Below, piece after piece: positions 1 through 8,157 of a DNA stretch of 32,000 nt (positions are counted from its first letter, which is position 1; every line of letters starts with the position of its first letter). The translations under genes and the position numbers were made by a program. Below the pieces are notes generated by a model. It searched no databases and had not been told where the DNA came from. It worked only from the letters and a program-made list of their open reading frames with translations. The stretch is from Desulfuromonadales bacterium (GTDB lineage Bacteria; Desulfobacterota; Desulfuromonadia; Geobacterales; Pseudopelobacteraceae): positions 2,121 through 34,120 of the forward strand of contig JBAXVG010000027.1 of the NCBI GenBank assembly GCA_037129255.1, given 5' to 3'.

Positions 1-832
1 GCTCGCTTTCGAACACGTCTTTTTTCAGCTTCTTCGTCATGTCCAGCGTCTGCAGAATCAGCAGGTTGTCAATGACAGGCATGATAGGAGGAATCGGCTC
101 TGCATGCCGGGGAGGCTCTGCTGTGTCCAGACGCTGGCGCATGGCGTTGAGAATGGCTTTGCCGATGGTCAGATAGCGGTAGTGCGGGTCGGTGCCCTCG
201 ACGATCGTCCAGGGCGATTCAGCCGTACTGGTGGAGCGGAGCATCCGCTCGGATACCTGGCGGAATTTATCATATTTCTTATAATGATCCCAGTCAGTAT
301 CGGTAACTCTCCAGCGTGTTTTGGGATCTTTTTCGAGCATCCTGAGACGCTTTTTCTGCTCTTTCTGGGAAAGATGCAGCCAGAATTTGAGAACCAGTGC
401 GCCTTCGTCGCAGAGCATTTTTTCAAAACGGATGATACGTTCCAGCCGCTGGTCCAGTTCGGCGTTCTTGATTGTGCCGTAAACGTTTTCCACCAGCGGT
501 GCGGAATACCAGGTTCCGATAAAGACGCCAACCTTGCCGCGCGGCGGAAGAACTCTCCAGTAACGCCACATCTGCGGTCGTTCCAGTTCCTCATCCGTCA
601 GATCGCGAAGGGCGTGAGTCTCAATGTGACGCGGATCCATCCATTCGTTGAGCAGGTTGACGGTTTCGCCTTTTCCGGCGCAATCTACACCGGCTACTAA
701 AATGATTACCGGGAATTTCTTTACCTGGAACAGATCAAGCTGTGCATCCAGCAGCCCCTCCCGCAGTTCGGGAATTTCTTTCTTCCAGACTTCCTTGCTG
801 ATTTTGTGCCCCAGTTCGGCGGATTCAAACAT
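1..832 (-). CDS. ppk2: Polyphosphate kinase 2 (PPK2) family protein, N-terminal part only. The ORF runs off the window start, and a linker-like stretch after about 230 aa suggests a two-domain PPK2.
   Basis: Absent from the ORF track because no stop lies in the window. Hand translation of the minus strand from ATG 832..830 (GGGAGGG Shine-Dalgarno at 837-843) gives MFESAELGHKISKEVWKKEIPELREGLLDAQLDLFQVKKFPVIILVAGVDCAGKGETVNLLNEWMDPRHIETHALRDLTDEELERPQMWRYWRVLPP... This contains the PPK2 P-loop (GVDCAGKGE) and the MWRYW motif. The 104..700 (+) ORF is its antisense shadow. Confidence 0.85.
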   Translation of the reverse strand, partial: MFESAELGHKISKEVWKKEIPELREGLLDAQLDLFQVKKFPVIILVAGVDCAGKGETVNLLNEWMDPRHIETHALRDLTDEELERPQMWRYWRVLPPRGKVGVFIGTWYSAPLVENVYGTIKNAELDQRLERIIRFEKMLCDEGALVLKFWLHLSQKEQKKRLRMLEKDPKTRWRVTDTDWDHYKKYDKFRQVSERMLRSTSTAESPWTIVEGTDPHYRYLTIGKAILNAMRQRLDTAEPPRHAEPIPPIMPVIDNLLILQTLDMTKKLKKDVFESE

Positions 833-860
833 GTTACCCTCCCGGTGAGTCTGAAGTGAA

Positions 861-1673
861 TTATTTTCCCGCCAGCTCCTTCGACTTGAGGCAGGCCGCT
901 TCGACAGCATTCATTATCACACCCCGAAAACTGCCATTCTCCAGAGCATGCAGACCGGAAATGGTCGTACCGCCCGGCGAGGTCACCCTCTCCTTCAACT
1001 GAGCTGGGTGTTCACCGGTCTCCAAAACCATCCGCGCCGATCCCAATACCGTCTGTACCGCCAGTTGGGTGGCGATATCCCGGGGAAGACCATTTTTCAC
1101 CCCGGCATCGGACAGTGCTTCGATGAAAGTGAAGACATAGGCCGGGCCGCTGGCGGAAAGGGCGGTCACGGCATCCATATGTTTTTCTTCGACACAGACG
1201 GCGCTGCCGATCAGCGCAAAGATCTGCCGGACGAGGTCAAGATCAGCGGTGGAGGCCTTTCGCCCCGCACAGACAGCTGTGGCTCCGGCGCCTATCAGGG
1301 CCGGCGTATTGGGCATTGCACGGACGACGCGGCTGCCGGGCGCCAGATTTTCCTCAATCTTTGAGCTCTGAATACCGGCCATAATCGATATGACCAGCTT
1401 GTCTGCGGAAATAACCGGCTCAAGCAGGTCAAGCACGCCGGCTGCCTGTTGCGGCTTGACCGCAAGAATGACCACTTCTCCCCACTGGGCGGCTTCAAGA
1501 GCATCTTCAACAACACGGACGTTTTTGAAGCGGGCCGTAATCTCATCACGGCGCTTTGGGCTGATTTCGGCTACCGTGATGCCGACCCCTACTTCTCCCC
1601 GCATCAGACCAAGCATGATAGCTTCAGCCATGTTTCCGCCACCGATGAAGGCAATTTTACGAACTGTCAGCAT
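861..1673 (-). CDS. proC: Pyrroline-5-carboxylate reductase
   Basis: 270-aa ORF with an N-terminal Rossmann motif (IAFIGGGNMAEAI) and the C-terminal P5CR signature VTSPGGTTISGLHALE. Length is typical for ProC. Confidence 0.92.
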   Translation of the reverse strand: MLTVRKIAFIGGGNMAEAIMLGLMRGEVGVGITVAEISPKRRDEITARFKNVRVVEDALEAAQWGEVVILAVKPQQAAGVLDLLEPVISADKLVISIMAGIQSSKIEENLAPGSRVVRAMPNTPALIGAGATAVCAGRKASTADLDLVRQIFALIGSAVCVEEKHMDAVTALSASGPAYVFTFIEALSDAGVKNGLPRDIATQLAVQTVLGSARMVLETGEHPAQLKERVTSPGGTTISGLHALENGSFRGVIMNAVEAACLKSKELAGK

Positions 1674-1692
1674 TTCGTTCCCCCTGGAAATT

Positions 1693-2073
1693 CTAGTTTA
1701 CACTGCTTTTCGTAACCATGATTACTCCTGCGCAGATCAGAAAAATACCGGCCCAGCGCATCGGGCTGACATTTTCTCCCAGGTACCATTGCGCCAGAAA
1801 GGCCACCACGATGTAACTGAGCGCCTGCAACGGCAGGGCCACAGACAGATCCTCCCATGACAGAACCGCCAGCCAGAGTCCGAAGTAAACCGCCTGCATC
1901 GCCGTACCAAGGATCAGCCTCCAGTTGGTCAGTGCCTTGAACGCGGTGTCGATAATCTGCCGGAGCCCCATGGATGATATGTCGCCGGAACTTTTCATTC
2001 CCTGCGTCAGAAAAATATCGCCTACCGCTCCGGCAGTTATTGCCACCAGCATGACAATCAGTGTCTTCAGCAT
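1693..2073 (-). CDS. Small DMT/EamA-type integral membrane protein (single EamA domain, about 4 TM, ArnE/ArnF-sized)
   Basis: 126-aa ORF with four hydrophobic segments. Its start overlaps the stop of the upstream YdjC-family gene by 7 nt, which suggests co-translation with the hpnJ/hpnK-like pair. Confidence 0.6.
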   Translation of the reverse strand: MLKTLIVMLVAITAGAVGDIFLTQGMKSSGDISSMGLRQIIDTAFKALTNWRLILGTAMQAVYFGLWLAVLSWEDLSVALPLQALSYIVVAFLAQWYLGENVSPMRWAGIFLICAGVIMVTKSSVN

Positions 2074-2948
2074 TTTACTTCTCCGCGGTAATTCTGCACG
2101 TGTATATTACATTGTTTCAGCTTCTGCCTGACCGGAGAACCGGTGATGGCGAGCAGTTCATCATGATGACGATAATCGGGCATACGGCGGGAAATTTCCG
2201 CATCCGGCAGCATGCCCGGATGGAAATATATCTCGGTCAGGCCGTCCTTCAACCCTTCAATGATGTTGAGGATATACTGTTCTGTCATCCTCCCCGAATT
2301 GAGAACTCCCTTGACCTCGCCGGCATAACGTATTCCCAGCCGGTCAAGCTGGGGCCGGGCGTGGTCTGCCAACGCGCCGAAAATGACATGCTCAATAACT
2401 TTCCCGAAAACCCGCTCACGGTCGAAACGCAGGTTGTGAATAAGGCGCTCCCGCGAGAGACGAAAACTTTTGATACCATAACGCTGCATCAAATCGTCAA
2501 GAATCGAAAACACCGTCGGGTGCAGATGAATGTTGAGATGACCGTCAATGTGGGAGAGCTGAATGCCGGCGTCCCTGACCCGCACAATCTGCGCCTCGAT
2601 CTCGCGTGCCAGCTGGTCGCGCAGCTCCCTGCGAAAATAGTAGCGCATGCCGGCAGCCACCGGGTTATCGCTGAAGTTGCCTGCTTCGTCTACCAGCCCG
2701 GGTATCTCTTCCGGCGGCAGTACCGATCTCCCCTGCACCAGAACCAGATGCAGGCCAATCTGCAAGCCATTATTCCGTCGGGCGATCATAACCGCCTCGT
2801 CAAAAGCGGCGGCACCTGCCATAATCGAGGCGCAGGTCAGTATTCCATCCCGCCAGGCCGTTTCAACAGCCTGGTTAACGCCGCTGGAGAGGCCGAAATC
2901 ATCCGATGTGATAATGAGCTGTTTCATTGCTGACGCATTATTCTGCAT
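2067..2948 (-). CDS. hpnK: YdjC/ChbG-family carbohydrate deacetylase, HpnK-like
   Basis: 293-aa ORF with YdjC hallmarks: N-terminal IITSDDFG and the His cluster HIDGHLNIHLHP. It lies directly downstream of an HpnJ-type radical SAM gene. The true start may be the internal MKQLIITSDDFG (2927). The hpnK name comes from family plus context, not a database hit. Confidence 0.7.
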   Translation of the reverse strand: MQNNASAMKQLIITSDDFGLSSGVNQAVETAWRDGILTCASIMAGAAAFDEAVMIARRNNGLQIGLHLVLVQGRSVLPPEEIPGLVDEAGNFSDNPVAAGMRYYFRRELRDQLAREIEAQIVRVRDAGIQLSHIDGHLNIHLHPTVFSILDDLMQRYGIKSFRLSRERLIHNLRFDRERVFGKVIEHVIFGALADHARPQLDRLGIRYAGEVKGVLNSGRMTEQYILNIIEGLKDGLTEIYFHPGMLPDAEISRRMPDYRHHDELLAITGSPVRQKLKQCNIHVQNYRGEVKC

Positions 2949-2966
2949 ATCAGGGTCTGGCCGATG

Positions 2967-4397
2967 TTATGAGCAGTCCGAGCAGGATTCTTTCCGCTTT
3001 CTCATATACTGCAGGTATTGCCTGCCCTCTTTCAGCAGCTTTTTTCGTTCATCTCCATCAACGATCATACGGCCAATACTTCGCAGGATGTATTTGGGGC
3101 GAAAATAGAACTTGTTGTAGAACTCCTCGACCGAGTTGAATATTTCGGTATTGGAAAGGTTCGGGTAGTTGATCACACACTTTTGATGACCGCTGTCGTC
3201 TATGAAGTCATCCGAGGAGATCCAGCCGTTCTGCTTGCAGAGTGCATAGAACTCTGTACCGGGGTAGGGAGATGCCAGAGATGCCTGGATGGAGTTAAGG
3301 TCAAGCTGCTTGGCGAATTCGATTGTCTGGCGGATGGTATCCTGCGTTTCGCCAGGCAGTCCCATGATGAAGGCCCCATGGATGGAGAGTCCAAGCTTCT
3401 TGCAATCCCGAGCGAACGTGACAGCCTGCGAGACAGTGACCCCCTTTTTAATATTTTTCAGGATCTGGTCATTACCGCTTTCAAAACCTACGACTACGTG
3501 ACGCAGACCGGCCTCACGCATGATTTTCAGTGTTTCGTAGTCGGTATTGGCACGGGCATTGATCGTCCAGGAGATTCCGAGCGGTTTAATCAACCCGGCA
3601 ACTTCACGGGCATGCTTCCGATCGGCGGTAAAGGTATCGTCATCGAACGAGAGTTCGCGCATCTCGGGGATGTTATCCACAATCCATGAAATTTCTTCAA
3701 ACACATTCCGTGCTGAACGAACCCGCATCGAACGGCCGGAAAAGGTCTGCGGCCACAGACAGTAGATGCAGTGCGACGGGCAACCGCGACTTGAATAGAT
3801 CGATACATAGGGATTTTTGAAATGAGGGATAACGTACTCTTTGATCGGCAGGTCGCGTTTGTAGATCGGCGCCACAAAAGGGAGGGCATCCAGATTGTCG
3901 ATCATCGGGCGATCCGGCGTATGCACGATTTTGTCATCCCTGATGAAACTGATGCCGTCTATACGCTCCCATTCGCGCCCTTCACACAACTCTTTGGTGG
4001 AATAATCGAATTCGCCGCGACAGACGATATCAATGGCGCCATGGGAGGCCCGCAATGACTTTTCAGGAAGAACCGTAACGTGCGGCCCGGTCAGCACGGT
4101 AACAACAGAAGGCTTGATTCCCTTGATATGCCGGGCGGTCTCAATATCCATCTGCAGCGTGGGGGTGGAGGTATACATCACTACCACGTCGAAATCCATG
4201 GCGATGGAAAGACACTCTTCCATGCTTAGCTTCTGCACCGGCGCATCCACAACACGACTCCCGCTGATCATTCCGGCCGGGAAGCAGAGCCAGGTCGGAT
4301 ACCAGAACGAGGTCACTTCACGGGAAGCCTGATAGCGCGCACCGGCGCCACCGTCAAAGTCCTCGAACGTGGGAGGGTTAAGAAAGAGAGGTTTCAT
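2967..4397 (-). CDS. hpnJ: B12-binding-domain radical SAM protein, HpnJ-like
   Basis: Track ORF 2967..4400 starts on GTG. The adjacent ATG at 4397 is preceded by AAGGAG plus 5 nt. It carries the radical SAM CxxxCxxC motif (SRGCPSHCIYCLWP). The N-terminus MKPLFLNPPTFEDFDGGAGARYQASREVTSFWYPTWL matches my recollection of the HpnJ family. Confidence 0.7.
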   Translation of the reverse strand: MKPLFLNPPTFEDFDGGAGARYQASREVTSFWYPTWLCFPAGMISGSRVVDAPVQKLSMEECLSIAMDFDVVVMYTSTPTLQMDIETARHIKGIKPSVVTVLTGPHVTVLPEKSLRASHGAIDIVCRGEFDYSTKELCEGREWERIDGISFIRDDKIVHTPDRPMIDNLDALPFVAPIYKRDLPIKEYVIPHFKNPYVSIYSSRGCPSHCIYCLWPQTFSGRSMRVRSARNVFEEISWIVDNIPEMRELSFDDDTFTADRKHAREVAGLIKPLGISWTINARANTDYETLKIMREAGLRHVVVGFESGNDQILKNIKKGVTVSQAVTFARDCKKLGLSIHGAFIMGLPGETQDTIRQTIEFAKQLDLNSIQASLASPYPGTEFYALCKQNGWISSDDFIDDSGHQKCVINYPNLSNTEIFNSVEEFYNKFYFRPKYILRSIGRMIVDGDERKKLLKEGRQYLQYMRKRKESCSDCS

Positions 4398-4494
4398 CAC
4401 TACTCCTTACATACAATTGAAAATACTCAATAAATACAGATATCGGCATGTTAAGTCAAGGCATACCTGCCGGAGTACCACGTCTGGCGCCAGT

Positions 4495-4911
4495 TTAGCG
4501 CGCAGAGAGAAATTCATGTTTGAGAGGGGATATGGAGGCGATAATCTCAAAATGCCGGTCATCGTGCAGAAGACACACATTGTATTCCTGAGCAGCAGCG
4601 GCAATCAGAGTGTCGGCAAGCGGTGCGTTGAGACCTTTGTGCCGGAGCGTATAGCCAAGCTTGCAGGCCCGTTCCCACACTTTCGCAGAAATATCAAAAA
4701 AACGGAGCGCAGCAAGATCCCTGCTCAATTTGTCGTACTCTTTCCCGGATTTCGCGCCTCTCAGAATCTCCATGACAACTATCGGCGTTGTAGCCAGCCT
4801 GTCGGCCATGATAAGCGGGACAATGCGTTCCTGAAACTGAATACCTGATCCTCTCAGAAAATGTATCCAGACCGTGGTGTCGACAAGAATCAGCTCATTT
4901 GTCGTCAGCAC
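4495..4911 (-). CDS. vapC: Type II toxin VapC (PIN-domain ribonuclease)
   Basis: PIN acidic residues sit in the expected contexts: LILVDTTVW, VVMEIL, LADTLIAAAA, LLHDDRHF. The track ORF extends to ATG 4932. A GTG at 4911 follows AGGAG and gives a 138-aa protein overlapping the vapB stop by 17 nt. The start choice is uncertain. Confidence 0.85.
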   Translation of the reverse strand: MLTTNELILVDTTVWIHFLRGSGIQFQERIVPLIMADRLATTPIVVMEILRGAKSGKEYDKLSRDLAALRFFDISAKVWERACKLGYTLRHKGLNAPLADTLIAAAAQEYNVCLLHDDRHFEIIASISPLKHEFLSAR

Positions 4912-5101
4912 GGTACTCCTCCAGCTCTTCACAGGTCAGGATAACAGCATCGGAAGAGTACATGCCTGCCAGGTGTTCCAATCGTTTTTTTCTGACAAAT
5001 TCCTGCAGCGACAGGTTGATAAGCTCTTTCTTTGTTTTTACGCTTGACAGGGAAAAAGCCTCTTTGAACAATGCGTCATCTATGGCAATTGTAGCTCTCA
5101 T
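4895..5101 (-). CDS. vapB: Type II antitoxin VapB (DUF2191-like)
   Basis: 68-aa ORF beginning MRATIAIDDALFKEAFSLSSVKTKKELINLSLQEFVRKKR, typical of VapB-type antitoxins. GGAGA lies 6 nt upstream of the ATG. The gene overlaps the downstream PIN gene. Confidence 0.85.
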   Translation of the reverse strand: MRATIAIDDALFKEAFSLSSVKTKKELINLSLQEFVRKKRLEHLAGMYSSDAVILTCEELEEYRADDK

Positions 5102-5121
5102 GATGTGTCTCCATTACGCAC

Positions 5122-5150
5122 ATAATAAATGGAATAATTGTGCATGTCAA
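5122..5150 (-). promoter_or_regulatory. Near-consensus sigma70-type promoter for vapBC with flanking GCACA/TGTGC inverted repeat
   Basis: On the minus strand: TTGACA (5150-5145), a 17-nt spacer, then TATTAT (5127-5122), about 20 nt upstream of the vapB ATG. GCACA...N16...TGTGC (5118-5143) straddles the -10 region and is a plausible antitoxin operator. Confidence 0.45.
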
Positions 5151-5236
5151 ACGCGATATATCACGCCCGGGTATCCGTCATCGAACGTGCAGTCTGCTGA
5201 AAACGGCAACATGGTTATGGCATTTCCACAACTGTT

Positions 5237-6550
5237 TCATCCGGTTCTGGCGTTTACATTATCGCCGGATACATATCCGGCTATAACTTCCATATGCCGT
5301 CCGGTCGCGCCACCGTTATCGCGCATCATCTTCAGGCCGTTCCGGCCGAGTACCTGCCGCAGCTCGGCACTCGCCATCAATGCCCGGCAGGAGTCAGTCA
5401 ACTCGCCCGGCGTTTCGATCCGGATTCCGGCTCCGTACTGCAGCACGAGTGCGGCGATCTCGCGAAAATTTGCCATATGCGGACCAAAGACGGTTGCGAT
5501 CCCCACAGAGGCCGGCTCCAGCAGATTGTGGCCACCTGTCGGCACCAGACTGCCGCCGACAAAGGCGACATCACAGAGCGCGTACAGGCTCATCATCTCC
5601 CCGATCGTATCGACCAGCAGAACCTCACCCGGCCTGAACGGCGCGACAGCCGACAGTGTGGTGCGACGCCGGAAAGCCAGCCCTGAGTGCTCCAGCAGAA
5701 CGGCAACTTCGCCCGCCCGTTCGGGGTGACGCGGCACGAGTACGAGGAACAGATCAGTGACGGTTGTCAGCATTTCCCGGTACGTATCAATCAGGTACTG
5801 CTCCTCACCGGCATGGGTGCTGCCGGCAGTGAGTACAACCACCCGGTCAGGGATCAGATACTGAGCACGCAGCCTGATTCTTTCATCATCTCCGATCTGC
5901 CGGAAAGGTATGTCATACTTGAGGTTGCCAATGGTATTCACGCGACCGGCCGGCGCGCCGATGGCGACAATGCGCTCATGGTCGGTATCCGTCTGCATGC
6001 AGAGTGCGGAGAAATGTTCAAGCGCATGCCGGAAAAACCATCTGAAGCGCCGGTATCCGGCGAATGAACGGTCTGATATCCTGCCGTTGGCCAGCACGAG
6101 CGGGATGCGGCGGCGCCGGGCTTCACGGGAAAAGTTGGGCCAGATCTCAGTCTCCATGATGATGATCAATTCCGGTTTGACAGCGTTCAGGGCCCGGCGG
6201 ACAGCCGGCAGGAAATCAAAGGGGAAGTAAATGCATATATCCTTTTCCGGAAAGCCGGAGGCGATGCCTCGACCGGTTTCGGTGGTAGTCGACATTACCA
6301 TGGCATGACCGGGGTAGCGCTGGCGGAGCGCCTTCAGCAGCGGCCGGCTGGCGATGGCCTCGCCTACCGATACGGCGTGCAGCCAGATTACCGGCCGTTT
6401 GCCGATCTGTGCCGATTCTTCGAGTGATATGCAGCCGAAACGCCGGCCAAAGGCCGGGGGGCGGCCACGGCTGACGGAGCGGTAGAGGTGGTAGAGGCAG
6501 ACCGGGATGAGCAGGAAGAGTGAGAATATGTTGTAGAGGGTGTAGAACAT
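5237..6550 (-). CDS. waaA: 3-deoxy-D-manno-octulosonic acid (Kdo) transferase
   Basis: 437-aa ORF with an N-terminal membrane anchor. It carries IWLHAVSVGEAIA and the C-terminal GGSLVPTGGHNLLEPA motifs characteristic of WaaA/KdtA. Confidence 0.9.
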   Translation of the reverse strand: MFYTLYNIFSLFLLIPVCLYHLYRSVSRGRPPAFGRRFGCISLEESAQIGKRPVIWLHAVSVGEAIASRPLLKALRQRYPGHAMVMSTTTETGRGIASGFPEKDICIYFPFDFLPAVRRALNAVKPELIIIMETEIWPNFSREARRRRIPLVLANGRISDRSFAGYRRFRWFFRHALEHFSALCMQTDTDHERIVAIGAPAGRVNTIGNLKYDIPFRQIGDDERIRLRAQYLIPDRVVVLTAGSTHAGEEQYLIDTYREMLTTVTDLFLVLVPRHPERAGEVAVLLEHSGLAFRRRTTLSAVAPFRPGEVLLVDTIGEMMSLYALCDVAFVGGSLVPTGGHNLLEPASVGIATVFGPHMANFREIAALVLQYGAGIRIETPGELTDSCRALMASAELRQVLGRNGLKMMRDNGGATGRHMEVIAGYVSGDNVNARTG

Positions 6551-6556
6551 GGGAGA

Positions 6557-7240
6557 TCAATCCGCCAGGGGAGGTGAATCCACCTGATCCGGCCTCATCA
6601 GGTAATAACATGCAACCGCTGTAAGATGCACGATCCCCCAGGACCAGAGAATATCGCTGGCAAAGTGCCCCCCCTGTGAAATGCGGGCGACCCCCATCAA
6701 AACGCCGTACAGTATCCCCCCCGCATACACCCGTGCGGCGAGATGCGGTTTCCGCCGTCGCAGCAGGAAAAACGGCATGGCCAGATAGAATGCGGAACCT
6801 CCGTGCCCGGAAGGAAATGATTTGCCTTTGCCCGCTTCACCCCGCTCCCACGGCTGATGAAACTGCATGGCACCGCCGAACGGGACGATCTGGCGCGGAC
6901 GCGGACGGCCCCAATGGTCCTTGAAGAGTGCGTTGACCAGCAAACCGGGCCCCACGAGCAGCAGAACGACCATGTAGGCTGCCTGGCGGCGGAACCGAAG
7001 CAGGGTCGGTTTGAAAAATGATGCCGACAGCAGGCCCAGGGATATCAGACCGATGAGCTCCGCCGGATAATACCCCCAACGGTAGAACTGCCGCCAGGGG
7101 AACTGATTGCCCACCGGCCATCCCTCGGGGCGGTAAAACCAGGTGGACAATGCCAGGTCTGCGCCTGTTACGGCAAGTATCATCGTACCCAAGAGTAACA
7201 CAAGCAGCGGCAGTCCGAAATCAAGCAGCTTTCCGTTCAT
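6557..7240 (-). CDS. PAP2-family membrane phosphatase (candidate lipid A 1- or 4'-phosphatase, LpxE/LpxF-like)
   Basis: All three PAP2 motifs are present: KDHWGRPRP (Kx6RP), PSGH, and ARISQGGHFASD (SRx5Hx3D). The protein is multi-TM. I prefer the start at MNGKLLDF (ATG 7240), which forms an ATGA overlap with the upstream acyltransferase stop, over the track start at 7288. Confidence 0.8.
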   Translation of the reverse strand: MNGKLLDFGLPLLVLLLGTMILAVTGADLALSTWFYRPEGWPVGNQFPWRQFYRWGYYPAELIGLISLGLLSASFFKPTLLRFRRQAAYMVVLLLVGPGLLVNALFKDHWGRPRPRQIVPFGGAMQFHQPWERGEAGKGKSFPSGHGGSAFYLAMPFFLLRRRKPHLAARVYAGGILYGVLMGVARISQGGHFASDILWSWGIVHLTAVACYYLMRPDQVDSPPLAD

Positions 7241-8157
7241 TCGGTGGGATCTCCGGCCCGCTTCCAGCGACGATGCACCCAGTACCATTGTGTGGGGTGA
7301 GAAATGATGAATTCTTCCACATAGCGGGACAATGCCTGGGTTTCCCGCCTGACTCCCTCATCACTGGTGTCGCCGCTGAAGATATGGGGAGGGGAAATGG
7401 TGATCACGAAGCGCTCCCCTTCGCGATGTATGAAAGCGGGAAGAAAGACGGCTCCGGTCTTCTGGGCAATGACGGCAGGTGCCTTGGAAGCCCAGGCCTT
7501 TCTGCCAAGCACGTCTATCAGGGTACCTTCTTCGGGGAACACCGCCTGGTCCGCCAGAAGGCCGATGGTGCCCCCTTTCCTGAGCACCGAGATAATGCCT
7601 TTCAGAGCGCCCTGTTTGTAAATGATGCTGTTATTGTAGCGGCTCCGCATGACTTCCACCATGCGGTTGAGATAGGGATTGTTCTGACGCCTTGCTACGA
7701 CCGACATTCTGTCGTGCTTGAACAGATGGCAGAACGCCAGGGCCATAAGCTCCCAGTTGCCGCAGTGGCCGGTCAGAAACACGACGCCATTCCCCTCCGC
7801 CCGGGCCGCCTCGAAATATTCGACGCCTGATACCTCGATGCGGCCGAGAACATCTTCCCCCCGACCGTGATAGAGCCGGCAGATCTCCATCAGCGATCGT
7901 CCCAGGTTTTTAAAGGTTTCGCGGGCCAGTACTTCGGCGTCTTCGCAAGGATATTTCCAAAGCGGATGAGATTTCATGTAGGGGAGCGCGCGACGAATAT
8001 TGTCGATGGCAATAGCCCTCCGTTTCGGGACGAGACGGGGGATGAGGAGCCCCGCAAGCGCGCCCAGGCGGTAGGTGATCGCTGCGGGGAGGAGAGCGGC
8101 AACCAGGGTGAGGCCATAGAAGATTGCTGTCTGAAGCAGCCAGATAATACGTTTCAT
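7237..8157 (-). CDS. lpxL: Lipid A biosynthesis late (lauroyl/myristoyl-type) acyltransferase, HtrB/LpxL family
   Basis: 306-aa ORF with an N-terminal TM anchor and the acyltransferase motif GHCGNWELMA. It sits between msbA and waaA. Acyl specificity cannot be read from the sequence. Confidence 0.75.
   Translation of the reverse strand: MKRIIWLLQTAIFYGLTLVAALLPAAITYRLGALAGLLIPRLVPKRRAIAIDNIRRALPYMKSHPLWKYPCEDAEVLARETFKNLGRSLMEICRLYHGRGEDVLGRIEVSGVEYFEAARAEGNGVVFLTGHCGNWELMALAFCHLFKHDRMSVVARRQNNPYLNRMVEVMRSRYNNSIIYKQGALKGIISVLRKGGTIGLLADQAVFPEEGTLIDVLGRKAWASKAPAVIAQKTGAVFLPAFIHREGERFVITISPPHIFSGDTSDEGVRRETQALSRYVEEFIISHPTQWYWVHRRWKRAGDPTE

Noticed and set aside
104-700. 198-aa (+) ORF at the left edge
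   Set aside because: It is antisense to the clear PPK2 reading frame on the minus strand (P-loop and MWRYW motifs). Its own product is hydrophobic and low complexity, with no recognisable motif.
2061-2933. 290-aa (+) ORF
   Set aside because: It almost exactly mirrors the YdjC-family gene on the minus strand, which has family motifs. This is a shadow ORF typical of GC-rich DNA.
4899-5729. 276-aa (+) ORF spanning the vapB and waaA regions
   Set aside because: It crosses an intergenic promoter region and lies antisense to two well-supported genes. The product is Ser/Arg/Pro-rich with no motif.
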